Assembly (NCBI RefSeq): GCF_000150275.1
Contig: NW_002060954.1
Coordinates: 744,001 to 808,000, forward strand
Source: Trichoplax adhaerens
Taxonomy: Eukaryota; Animalia; Placozoa
Direction of reading: 5' to 3'
Length of the DNA: 64,000 bases
The translations under genes were made by a program, and so were the position numbers. Positions within the stretch are counted from its first letter, which is position 1; each line of letters opens with the position of its first letter. Below the pieces are notes generated by a model. It made no database searches. It was not told where the DNA came from and saw nothing but the letters and a program-made list of their open reading frames with translations. Of this stretch, positions 26,401-38,834 are shown one piece after another.

Positions 26401-29400
26401 GTAAGTAATAAGTCTATTCATTCGATCAGGGAGTAACATGCAACTAAATTTTACACATTATTACTTAGTAACTAGACATCCGAATATGAAGTTAATCGTT
26501 ATTACAGAAATTGAACAACTTCTATTTCGACCCAATATTACAGAAAGGGCACAGTATGTGTATTAGAAGATCGATTTTGGATATCTTAAGCAATATATAG
26601 TTGTACCTCATTTGCTTCGTCGTTCATTTTAATTATTGATTTAAATATCGAGATCGAAAACTTATTCTACAGATATTATGCTATATGCGTTTTAAACCAA
26701 ATCCTTCTTACCCGAAAAGAATCATCTATCGCAGCTAAATTAATTAAAATCTATATTTCACTATTTAAGGTAATTAATATAGTTATTGTTACTTTTCATT
26801 CATAAGATCGTTTTTAAAAAGCCTGTAACTACCCCAAACTTTTAATTAGGCTGCAGTGAAACGAAAAGGTTCCGATACTAGAATAACGAGTTCTATCCTT
26901 ATTGGTACAAATAGAGCGTATCCCTTTGCTAAAGGTAAATAAATGCAAGTTGTATGTGTCGCTTGCTTATATTCAGCTATTATTCAAACTTCGTTTGAAA
27001 ATTAGATAATGACATAAAATCAATCGAAGAACAAGTGGACAATCTATTCCGAATGGTACATGCAGACAATTTTACAATAAGTGTTCAAGTATGACCACAT
27101 ATTTCATTTTTTATTTTATTATTTCGGTTGAATTACACTCAATTACGAACTAAGTCTTGACGCGTCTTTTATCAGGTTCTTATGCTATTATATCAAATGA
27201 TAGATATCAGGTAATGTTTAAGCGACTTACTCTTTACCTGTACACATTTATTTACTTCATGCTAGCTTTGCCTATGCGGACTTACATAGCATATTTTTCC
27301 GTAGACAATCTATGACTGATCGCTTCTATCAAAGCCTATATTTCAAATTACAAGATTCTAAATTACGAAAATCGTCGAAACAAGTATGTTAAAAAGTTTA
27401 GCCTTGATAAAATTAATTGTATAAAATTTTGGAACTGAATGCCACTTTCAAATTTAGGCGCTTTTCCTCAATCTTGTTTATAAAGCTCTAAAGTCTGATA
27501 GCGTGCTGAGCCGAGTCAAGGTAAATACTTTAAAGAAATATGATTTTATTCAATATATTAAATTTTTAAATCCTAATAGGCATTTGTTAAGAGACTGTTG
27601 CAAGTTTGTACACACGAGCAACCGCCATTTGTTTGCGGTACTCTTTACATGTTATCGGAAGTAAGTTAATACAACAAAGATGTATGCATAACATAGTTTT
27701 AATCACACGTATAAATGTTAACTTGGACATAGCTAATATCAACACAGATTCTATCCTGACATACTGTCACTTTCCTTCCCACATTTAGATATTTAAATTA
27801 AAGCCCGGATTAAAAACGTTGTTACTTCGTGCAGAGGTATGTTCGGAATAACTCAAAACTGGAATTTATATAAAATATTATCACTCTCTTAATATGAATT
27901 TTATGAAATGTAGGGCTCGGATGAAGAAGAACATTTCGATGATGCAGATGATAGTGATACGGAATTGGATAAAAATGCTATTCTCGATGTCAATATAAAA
28001 GGACCAAGTGAAGTTACAAGCGATACATCTGGCTATTTGCATCGTAGCAAGAAGGCAACGAACTATGATGTAAAGCAGCGAAATCCTTTATATTGTGGAG
28101 CAGAATATTCAAGCATGTGGGAACTGAGAAAGGTTCGGTTTATATTTAAAAAATAAATTTTATGAATAGCTTTAATTCATGACTTATCTGTAATAGCGTA
28201 CCTAAATTTTAATATTCTTTTACTAGTTAAAAAATCATTATCACGCTACAGTTGTCCACTTTGCTGATACGCTACTGAAAGTAAGTAAATTTCTAAGTTA
28301 TGAGTTTAACTACTAGTTTGAAATTTTTAATAACAAAGCTTCCTTCTAATAAGGGCTACACAATTGATTATACTGGGGATCCATTGAGTGATTTCACGCT
28401 TATGCGGTTAGTCGCGCTATTATGCTCTCTTAGGATTTCTGATTTGATTTACATGTCCGCATAGAGCTTGAAACGATATGTTGTTAGATAACTTTACGTC
28501 CCACTGTCTATGTTATTATTGTCTTTCTATATCCATACTGCCTTGAATTAATTCATTAATTATTGCATGATATCTTAATCTTAATTCATTTTTGATACTC
28601 AATAGATTCTTGGATAGATTCGCTTATAAGAATCCCAAAAAGCAGATAAGCGGTATATAGAATCATAAAAGTGTTAATTTTTAGAATGTTCAGTAACATT
28701 ATTTTTTTGTAATATCAACTATGCAAGATCATGGAGGCTCAGTCATGCAGGTACATTATAAAAATAGCTGAAAATGTGATAACAGTAAAATTAGCTCTTT
28801 TTAAATCAACATTTTGAATAACTTCATATAAGCGGCGATTACATTCCCAACGCCTGAGAGAAGAACCTGTCAACTCTAAAATTTTCTTAAACAAGTCAAT
28901 CGAAGAGATAGAACCCGACGAAGTGTTCTTTTATCGGTATATTTATCACTTTCTGTTATAGTCTACACTTAAATGTGTCAATGTTTTTCACAGGTTATAA
29001 TCACAATATTTAAGATTAATGAATACCTACTGACAGATATTTTAAGAAATGTGAGGAAGAAGAAGCTAATGTAATAAGACTAGCCGCAAAAAAGAAGCGG
29101 CAAAAGGATATGCAAGACTTTGATATGGATGAAATAGATTCTGCTGAAGGTAACGTATGGGCACATTAATAATATAGGAGCACACTCATTGCTAATTTTC
29201 TGTATTTTGTTTCTATTGCTTTTTCGATGTTTTGTTACTAGAAAATGAAAAATCAGGAGAATTAGATTTTGCTAGGTTTGCTATGTTAATTCGAACATTT
29301 GCAGGGTTAAATATAAATTTAACATATAAATTACTTTCGTAGTGATCTGAGTAATGCGAAAAAAACGAAAAAACGAAAGAAGGCGACAGACGATTCTGAT

Positions 29401-30278
29401 GAAGAAGACGATGAAGGTTGAAAGCTTGTCGGATTATTTTATATATCACTTAAATGAAAGCTCATGTTGTGAAATATTACCTTTATTCGATTAGATTATG
29501 ATTATGACGACATGAATGAATCTGATGAAAACGACGGTATTAGTCTTTTAGTATCAATGCATATTTACTGTTTTGAACTAAGGTTTTGATGCTCTGAATT
29601 TCAAATTTTAATTATTTGTTTCTAACGTAGCTAACAATTTATCGGAAGAAAAATTAACTAAGGTATTTACAGGGATGACCATTGATACTTTCGAGAGAAT
29701 TATTACTCTAATAAGGCGCAGATTTGGGCGAAAGTGAAAAGTGTAGTTTAAAATATAAAACGTATATTCAAATTTTTGATGTAGTTACTTTTGGATGAAA
29801 TGACCCCTGATGAAGATGAAGATAATGATGATGGATCGAATGAAGGCAGTGTTGCAAAGAGGTACATGTACATTACTTACTAACCTCGTTAGCGAATGAT
29901 AGAGTCATTTAATAAATGTTTTAATGCACACCAGCTAATGGAAATATGTGTTAATGTCCTGCTAGGCCAAATAAGGATATCATGTCCATGTTTGCAGATG
30001 CTGAAGAGGTTGTTATTAGAAGCGATAGAAAATCTTTGTTAAGCAATTGTTAAAGACTTAACGAAAGTTATTTTTTTTAGTTTTCTCATCTACTAGAAGA
30101 ACCAAGTAAAGAAAATTCGTCAAAACAATTGGAATGGGAATCAAAGCAAAATAATATAAACAAGTCGAAACAGAGGCGTAAAAAATTTAAGAAACAAAGA
30201 CCTGTGGAAAATTATGGTTCTAGAAATAAATCGAAATCACCCAGTAGCAAAAATCGTAATCAACACCGAATTAAATAG
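23457..30278 (+). CDS. CEBPZ: CCAAT/enhancer-binding protein zeta / Noc1-Mak21 ribosome biogenesis factor; many short exons
   Basis: MASAKNDLQMEDIIALSGDE start. Motifs SGTLTDKTAAHAVLLQESPVHNL, LLPDDRKLK, GKPELE..VNKLGDPEKKVAS, HPNMKLIVITEIEQLLFRPN, DRFYQSLY, ALFLNLVYKALKSD, YDVKQRNPLYCGAE, YTGDPLSDFTLMRFLDRFAYKNPK, acidic tail and MFADAEEFSHLLE..KQLEWE. Confidence 0.93.
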
Positions 30279-30586
30279 CAAAACATTTGCTTGCTTTAAG
30301 ATTTTTATTTTAAAGTAAACGTTTTAGGGAAATTTTATTTTATATTTGATCGAAATTATAATTTGAGAGGGAATATTACGGTTTTTAAGATCTGGTTTTA
30401 GAAATAACGATGGTAGTTAATGGGGATAAATCAACTGACACTATTTAAAGAATACTGTCTTAAATGAAATATTCCTACACATTAAATTCGATTCATCCAA
30501 CCAGGAATCGTTTATCATCTATAAATTAATTGATTTTTGAGATCTCTTTACTTGATATCATTTAATGTAAAATGTTGATTATAATT

Positions 30587-32815
30587 TTACAGTCGTCTAT
30601 AATTATAACCCATTCGATAGGGTCGTCGTCTTTTGAACAATTTACGAATGATATAAAGTAATGCGATTATAATAAAGATGAATACGAAGTAATATTGATA
30701 GTAATGATATCGTGAACTAATTCTATTATTGACGGTGCTAATTTTTTCGATTGTTCGATAGTCGAGATCAATGCTCGTATTAACTATTCTATCAAAAGTG
30801 GATGTAGTCGTGTTATTGAAGACTGTACTGGTAAGAGTAGTAGCAATATTCGAAGCCTCTGTAGTATTCAGACTTTCATCGCGGAATTGAGCAATTTTCA
30901 TTTTTAGTAAAATTCGACGTAGATAGAGAGCATGAAATGCTATAGCCATGCCGGTTAAGCGCATTGAACATCCATCTAAAGTGAATGATAGATAGTAGAT
31001 GATGTAGCAAGAAATAATACATTTACTGATACGAAAAAGACATTACATCGAAGATAACCTAAAATTCATCTACATGGTAATATATGAAACCTACGGAACT
31101 AAGGAAAAAGATAGTACCTTTTAATTTAGGGCAATAGGCATCTTGCTTCTCATTATGGTCGATATTTCGAATTTTTCTCCTTGATTTAGACATTGAGAAA
31201 CATCCACTAAACGATTGGTATTGAAAAACTTCTTTCATAAAATTATAATTGTAGAAATCTGAGAAGCCAGATGCTGCACAAAATACGATTTCCTCTAAAA
31301 ATATTTGTTGAGCTTGAATCATTTTAAGATCGTATTGCTCATATAAAGTTTTAACCTCCAGATAAGCATAAGAACAAAATGCTTGCAGTAAATCATTTAC
31401 GTCATGGTATTTGCTATGATGAAGTAAACGTTGTGTCACTTGTGCATGACATTTTAAATCTTTTGCGAGCATAAAATAGATAATTTGCCGTACAAGCTTA
31501 TGACCTTGTAGGTCTTCCAGGATGTTACTCTGCCAGCATTCAGCTGATATTGTACATGGCATAGCATTTCTTTGACCCATTAACTCGTTTAGGCAAGCCA
31601 TACCGTAATCATTACCATGATGTATCCCATGATCGTATATACGTTCATTTCGAATCTGAACAGGTATGAGCTTAAATTCACGGTCCAAATTAGATAATTT
31701 CCAAGGTTGCGATACTAGGGTGTTACTACTTGAATGATATTTTTGATTTTTCTTCGACCAATATGTAGCTTCAGATGTTGCATCAGCCAGTAGTAACCGA
31801 GAGATTTGATGATACATTTGTAAAGCATCATAATACAGCGTCATATTAAAAAAGCGCCGATCATTAGTAATAACTTCAAATTGTCCTATTGCCAGTAAAA
31901 ATAAAATGAATAATTAATTATACTTTTAATTTAAAGCGAGTGAAAATTAATTTGCTATCTCACGAGCATTAAGATAACTATGATGAGTTATTTATAGTAT
32001 CGCTCGTTTTGTAAAGCATGGAATTACGATTGAATCGCTTAGGTTCACTGCAAGATACGATTCTAGGATAATTACTCTTGGACAACTGGTAAAAATTAAG
32101 TCACAATATTGCATTACTGCATGTTATTTTTGTAATCTGATTTCATATAAAATTTCGTTTGAGCAGAAATAAGCAATCTCTAATTCCTTTATCTTACAAA
32201 TCATTTCAAATCTTTAAGAAATGTAAGGGTTAACTTTATATAACTATATCGGACCCTAAATTTATCGATTGAAAGATAATACCACAGTAACCGGGTTAAT
32301 ATAGATCTGTAATGCATTTTCAATGGTAGATCACTAGACCTCATTTAGCACATACAAATTGAAAAGTCATTAACTGGCAGCCCCGTCGTTTCATACCGTT
32401 TATTTATATAATGGCTAAGTAAGCGTAGAAAGGGTTACAGGAGGCAATTGTCCTGACAGGTCAACTAACATGTAGCACTAAATAAATGCGTATAAGGCAA
32501 TTTGGATAACTATAATGTAATACCGGGTAATAATAATATACAGCAGCGAAAATTACAATATGAAAATTAATTAATTCGCATAAACTTAGACAGTTTATTG
32601 TATTAATCCATCCACATACCTTGGGCTATTCGTAATCCTATTAGCGACGGTTGGCATAAACGTATATATTGCTTTTGTAAATATGAAACAGCGTTATCTA
32701 GAATATCTAATGTTTTTTCGCCTAATAGATAGTATTTATCGTATAGTTTTACCGTCTTAGAAGTAACAGGGTTAGTAATAATTACAATAATCAGTAAAGC
32801 AACAATATAGCGCAT
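30587..32815 (-). CDS. UPF0764/C16orf89-family protein with signal peptide, S/T-rich stalk, C-terminal TM helix and short cytosolic tail (exons 32815-32620, 31885-31118, 30975-30587)
   Basis: Signal peptide MRYIVALLIIVIITNPVTS. LDNAVSYLQ..IGLRIAQGQF, IFLEEIVFCAASGFSDFY..YQSFSGCF and DGCSMRLTGMA match the C16orf89 family pattern. TM YYFVFIFIIIALLYII; tail ends ...GYNYRRL*. Confidence 0.78.
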
Positions 32816-33496
32816 AGATGACACTTGTAGCTTTGACACAGCTGGTGCGCTGTTACCATCACCATGTTGCCAAATATAGTCCCTACAGCACATGATTATT
32901 ATTCTGCAAATATATTCTGTACCATTAGCTGTGATTAATTACCAGCTATTACAATACATAATCGATTATCTTTTCATATAAAATTGTTTCGTGTTAAATT
33001 AATTATGTTACTTGAGTTTTTTTATATTGATATAATTGTATATAATTTAGTTACTAATTATGTTATTTGAGTCTTTATATTGATATAACTCCTCGTATAC
33101 CGCTGTATAAATATATAGTTGCAAGTACAAAGGATTCTTCTACTAGCTTGGCAAGTTATCAACTGATACCAATATCGTACTATAAATTATAAAACCTTAG
33201 AATTCATACAACTAGACGCGTTAGGAAAATACGGTCATACACCCTCCAAAATTTTCAAAGTTTTTGAATAATTATACTTAATTACGTTTTCATCTTTAAA
33301 ATAATAAATTCTATTCAAATAACAACAATTTGAAAACTCCTCTTTACGAATAAGGCAGTAACAAACACCATATCATGATGTATAACAATAATGTAAGAAA
33401 ATGTTAGACTGGATTTAAAAACTGTTTATTACTTATTTTTATTTTTTACCCTTCATATTTCGATTTTTGGGGTACATGATGTATGTAGTGGCGACT

Positions 33497-33797
33497 GGTA
33501 CTCCATGAAGTGCACAACTCCACGTACTGTACTGTAAAGTATGGTTCAAGTACTACTGTACAGTATAATATACAGTACAGTACAGTACTGTACAGTGTAC
33601 AGTAGTGTTGCGGGCTTGTCACGTGACCTACAATATATATATATATATACTGTATATATACAGTATATACTGTACAGTATATACAGTATGTCAGTACAGT
33701 ACTGTACACTCTGCCATTGATTGTACAGTACTGTACCATGCATACTGTACTTTTCGTTAACTGTACGGTACACTTTACAGTACTGTACTGTACTGTA
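33497..33797. repeat. GTAC-phased island with embedded (TA)n in the C16orf89-like/orphan bidirectional promoter
   Basis: tacagtacagtacagtactgtacagtgtacagt...gtatatactgtacagtatatac...acagtactgtactgtactgtag. Confidence 0.9.
33618..33627. promoter_or_regulatory. Perfect CLEAR-type E-box GTCACGTGAC (MiT/TFE or USF site)
   Basis: Exact 10-bp palindrome in the middle of the promoter island. Confidence 0.55.
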
Positions 33798-34816
33798 GAT
33801 GTAAAGCCATTAGAGTTAAGCTCGTATTGCGGTAAAACCGTAAAAGTAAGTCGTAAACACAGTTTAACAGTTTAATCTTCCAATATTTTAGATTTTGGTC
33901 CAAGGTAGGTACTTTACTATCGCCTTCCCCTTCATGCATTAGATGAAATACAGTATATTAATAATAATCTAGCATCCGGAAGGTTTCTAACCTTCTATTC
34001 AAGCTACATCCTTGTAGTAGTTCTAGACCTACAAATCAATGCACGTATAGCAACAAGTGATTTTTTGGGCACTGTTACATCCTATATTGACTACATTATT
34101 GCTTGAATTACAAATTAAATCAGTAGAATCTATACTTCTTAATGATAATACGTTAATCTATGCGTAGTTTACTCATATGCATTTAAAGTGCTTAACACTA
34201 TAATTTGGATTAACAGTAAACATTTAGCGAAATATTCCTATGTTAGAATAGTGCTTTTTTAACTAATCTCACAGAGAGTAGAAAGTAGTCCACAAATCTC
34301 ACAAAGTGCTACAAGCAGTCAATCACTTCGACATTACAGTAAATTAAATATACTCTTACGTTACTCTTCATAGACTTACTAATTAGCCCTCTAGAGATCA
34401 TACCCCTTTTTGTAAAGACCAACTCTTGCAATCTTGCTATCACAAACTTGCTTTTGAAAGATGTACAATTGCACATCCCCCTTTATTTAGAATTAGTTTA
34501 TTAATCCTATTGTTATCATGCACTTATTACTCATTGAAATTACCTACCTTTGAGAATTTTTGTCGGTAGACTAACAATATAAATAAAGCTTATAATCTAT
34601 AAATTACCTGCATATACATAGCTTTCGTTAGTGAGTGAGTAATTTACAAAATTGTATGCTACAACATATAGTATACGTACATCACAGTCCAGTGCGTTAC
34701 TGCGCAGCAATTTGCAAACTTAGCACAGTATACGAGTATATACTTAAGCTGACTACGTAATATTCACCCTTAAATCAGATTTCTATTAACATTTTCCTTT
34801 TTAACTCAACTAGCTT

Positions 34817-35707
34817 ATGGAACCTACCTCTGTCAAGGAGGTAAGAGTGTGAGGGTATCTTTCGTAATGTTAAAAGCGCACTTGCTGGCAGATCTACGTT
34901 AATGTGCGGATTTATATACACTGTATATTTGTAGTACAGCATATAACATACATAAATGACTATTAATTTAGATTTGTATCGCTCGTTGGATTTAATTAAG
35001 TGTTCCATGATAAATTTTATTGTAATCATATAAAAATTGTTTTTACTACATAAGGATAATTTGACCTGGGATAAATTGAATGCCGCACTAGCTAAGGGAG
35101 AAAATGTTGCCGAAATTTTCAATCTAAAAGTACAAGGTTAAGTTTCTGAAAGCCTGCTATTGTTAAAGAGTGGCACGTGCATCTACATATTAATTATCTT
35201 TCACTGATAAAGTAACCATTGTAATATATAAAGAAGTTGTAGTCTGTAAAAATTACTTCATAATTCTCAATATAGCTTCGTATGATTAGATAATACTGTA
35301 ATAAAATAAATCGTTACTTAACATACTGTAGGTGATGCAGATAGGAGATGTAATCAAAAGGCACGCAATACCACTGAGAATGTGCAAGATAATATTGAGT
35401 TGCTGAACGTTCAGCACAATTCTGCAATCGATTCATCTTTCTCCTTTGTTTATTGCCGAGAAGATTGTGAAGCTGTTTTCAGTAATGTGACGGAAAATGA
35501 CATAAAATTGCTACCATCTCGTCCATTCGTTCTTTTAGATGATATTGCAACGATTAGGTCTGCTATAACATATTGAGAACTACTGTACAATACGATTTAT
35601 ACAAACAGTATATATGATCCTAAGATTACTAACTTGGTGGCTCTAAACTGTTTTAATTGAACCCTATCATTTATAGATATATTCCGGAAAGTTCGATCAA
35701 GAAATAA
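34817..35707 (+). CDS. Hypothetical ~120-aa protein (exons 34817-34840, 35055-35136, 35333-35557, 35677-35707), with a probable 5'UTR exon ending near 33904
   Basis: Phase-compatible splice sites give MEPTSVKE-DNLTWDKLNAALAKGENVAEIFNLKVQG-DADRRCNQKAR...FVYCREDCEAVF...PSRPFVLLDDIATIR-YIPESSIKK*. No family recognised. Confidence 0.55.
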
Positions 35708-36664
35708 TCTACACAAAAACTGCCTTATACTGTATTTATGCTTTGATTTTATATTCTAAATATCTGTATATGTATTATACTGTGGATGTGATCTCGATAA
35801 TGAAACTTTCAACGCTGTGATAACTTTATTACCAGTTTTTTTGGCTGTATCAGCATCTAGCACATCGTTAATGTTATTCTTAGTCTACTATTTAGCTATA
35901 TAACGTATACGAACCCATCTTCACTAGGACATAATGTCGCCTGTTTGAATATAAATTATACAGTCAATAGCAACATTCCTGAATATGCTAAGTTACAATA
36001 AGATATTAGGTTACAACTGGAAATGACTATACGGTATTTGTGCTTGACATCAGCTGTCGTCAAATTATGGACCGTTTTTGCTCTTAATTTTATTTATTCA
36101 ACATAAAGAATTAAAGACAATTTCATTTCTTGTTTATGCCTCATGTCATAATAAAGATGGTTTTACGTACAATATTGTCATTAGGATACTATTAACTCGT
36201 CGTTCTCTGCGACACAGTTGCCATAAGAATGCGACAAATATTTAGTTAGTGAAAGTATATATCAATGTATTCCTAATGCCATGTTACCAAATCACATCAC
36301 TAAATTGCAGTGGTTACGTTTGTTAACCTCACACTGTTACACAATTCGGTTGTAGATTACTCGTAGAACTAATGTGTTACTATACCCAATGCAGCGTAGT
36401 GTATAGTATTACTATAAAATAAGGTCTTTCTAAAAATAAAAGCCTATTGATATTAGAGATTACAGGAACTACTAAATGTCAACGATACAACTATGATATT
36501 TTAAGCTTCGCGCCGATGATAAATTAATTATCATACTCGATTTATTCTTCGTCGCAATTTCAAAAACTGATACACTTCATCGATAACTTCTTAGTAAATT
36601 AAGTACATCAATGTATTGCATATAAGAATATACCAAATGACCGATATCAAGGCAAATATAAACT

Positions 36665-37784
36665 TTAATCGATCAATTTCTTCGCCTTAAAGTATCTTCG
36701 TAAGTAATAGAGTTGCCATGATGCCAAAACCAACAAACAACACATAGAAAAGAGGCTAAAGTATAATACACGCGCATGGGTTGATTCTACATCAAACAAG
36801 GACAATCCCAGTTAGTATACAGAATTGATAAAATTAAAACACAGCACATTTGGAACTACACCAGGAATAACTTGACTTAACACATTATACAAGTATACTG
36901 TATAGCTTAATGTATTTTACTTTAGATACCTACCATTTGTATCTCGCATTTCTTCCTCTCTATTTCTCATATAGACGAAATCTTCTACAAGCTCCTGAGA
37001 TAAATCATGTAAACGTCTTAGTTCTAACTCCATAGGTTTAAGCTTTTCGGCTTCTTTAACCTATATAGTACAAATTGTAAAAAGAATTACCTTTGAAAAC
37101 AAATCCAAACAAAATCACAAATCACACAATGTTAGTAGGGAAACAACGTCTACTGAACTATAATCATCGGATTCTAGACTAATTTCGCGTACTTGCTCGT
37201 AATTTTTCGCTTCGACACCACGCTTAATAACGTAAGTGATATCATGTCCTGATCCAGGGGGAAGATGGCTCTCTAAAAATGGAAAAATATTCAATCTTGA
37301 ATACCATAGTAACGAAGGTTTAGGTAAAGTCACGGAAATGAATAAAGGGGAAATCTAATTCTTTGGTCTGAAAGTCTAATGCGTACTTGATTCACTTTCC
37401 GAACTGAAGCAAACTTCGAAACTTGAAGGATGATCTAAGGTGATAGCAAATTTTCCCTGTTTAGTACCATCATTCTTGTAAAGAACATCCTTTTTCGAAT
37501 CAGTAACCTATATCCAATAAAATAGATACACGTAGGCATTTTTAGTCATATCGAAAAATTGGGATGAAAATTAGAGACTGACGCCTTACCTTTATGTGTG
37601 TTTTAAGCAATGGCGTCTCGCTGATACTGTATTCACCAGTAACTAGTTCATTTTTTTGAGCAGTATCTAGCAAACACCGTTTAGAATTAGCTAACAGTCG
37701 AAACGATATAGAATGACATTGTGAAACCAATGAGACAATTATTAATGATAGCAGAATCGTCGTTCCACTATGGTTACGTTTCAT
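36665..37784 (-). CDS. TMED10: p24 delta family cargo receptor TMED10/Tmp21
   Basis: Signal peptide; [52 protein letters not shown]-terminal [13 protein letters not shown]. Confidence 0.95.
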
Positions 37785-37877
37785 GGCGAACTAATATTAA
37801 CAGCAAAGGAAGATGTGCAATGTGCACTTTTCACTTAACAGTAGAAATTAGAAAATACCACCAGGGACTACGAAACG

Positions 37878-38604
37878 GTACTACGTACAGTACAGTACAA
37901 TATTGTAGATGAACGGCAACCTACTGTACACTTCCTATACTGTACAGTGTACAGTAGTACTGTACGGTACAGTACTGTGTTCGAGTTCATTGCTGAATTT
38001 TTAATGAACGCCGTACAGTACGTAGATTTCAGTATTGCACTGTACACTGTACAGTATCGTACTGTAGACACGTAGACAGCGTACAGTACAGCTGTACGTA
38101 CAGTACTGTACTGTACAATGCTGTAGACAAAGGCATGATCAATGATCATAGCAGGCGTACCGAAAACATAATGCACCAGGTCCATTTTTATGGGCCATAC
38201 TATTTTTGTACAGTGTACAGTATATGACATATACAGTACAGTACTGTACAGTGTACTGTACACTGTACAGTTAGGGTTCGGCAAGTCCCCGGTCCTAGGC
38301 TGTACAGTGTACACTGTACAGTACAGTATACTCGAAGAGAGTCCACCGCTGGTTTTAGACCTGAGAAAGGTTCGGTCAGAAGACGACTACTGTACAGTAC
38401 TGAATAGTGTATTGTCCTTGACAGCCCCGTGATTATTCAACAGTAGTCTTACAGTACTGTACTGTACTGTACTGTACAGTAAAGTAAAGTTAATAATACT
38501 GTACTGTACAGTACAGTACAGTACAGTACTGTGCAGCGTGTTTGTATTCTACAGTACAGTACTGTACATGAATACTGTACAGTACTACAGTACTGTACCG
38601 TACT
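37878..38604. repeat. Largest GTAC-phased island, in the TMED10/MRPL33 bidirectional promoter
   Basis: Many blocks of tacagtacag, ctgtactgta, tgtacactgtaca and gtacggtac, separated by unique spacers. Confidence 0.92.
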
Positions 38605-38834
38605 GGAGCTGAAAACCCATGCAGCAAGCTGGTGTCATTCGAATTCGAATGGTGCTTACTTCAATTAAAATTATTAAATTAGGGAAATTATTATTTTAAT
38701 TTTCTTTGAATTTGAGAGAAATACCAGGATTGCAGGAGAACAACCTTCACTTTTCGATGTACAGACGGTGGCAGTAAACACCAAGTCTACTAAACATTGA
38801 TATATCTCTTTAACTGCCCTACAGTAACTTGAAA

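Noticed and set aside
31990-32090. Possible extra exon in intron 1 of the C16orf89-like gene
   Set aside because: The required phase gives an immediate stop, and exon 1 joins 31885 cleanly (IAQGQF).
32816-32893. Upstream ATG extension (MCCRDYIWQH...) of the C16orf89-like gene
   Set aside because: The ATG at 32815 directly starts a canonical signal peptide, so the longer form is less plausible, though not excluded.
34775-35122. 115-aa minus-strand ORF
   Set aside because: Antisense to better-supported plus-strand exons; no recognisable features.
38270-38390. GGTTCG motifs suggesting tRNA T-loops or Pol III B-boxes
   Set aside because: No cloverleaf or correctly spaced A-box could be built.
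37878-38604. Repeat-spacer pattern superficially like a CRISPR array
   Set aside because: Eukaryotic context, repeat blocks of variable length and sequence, irregular spacers, no cas genes.
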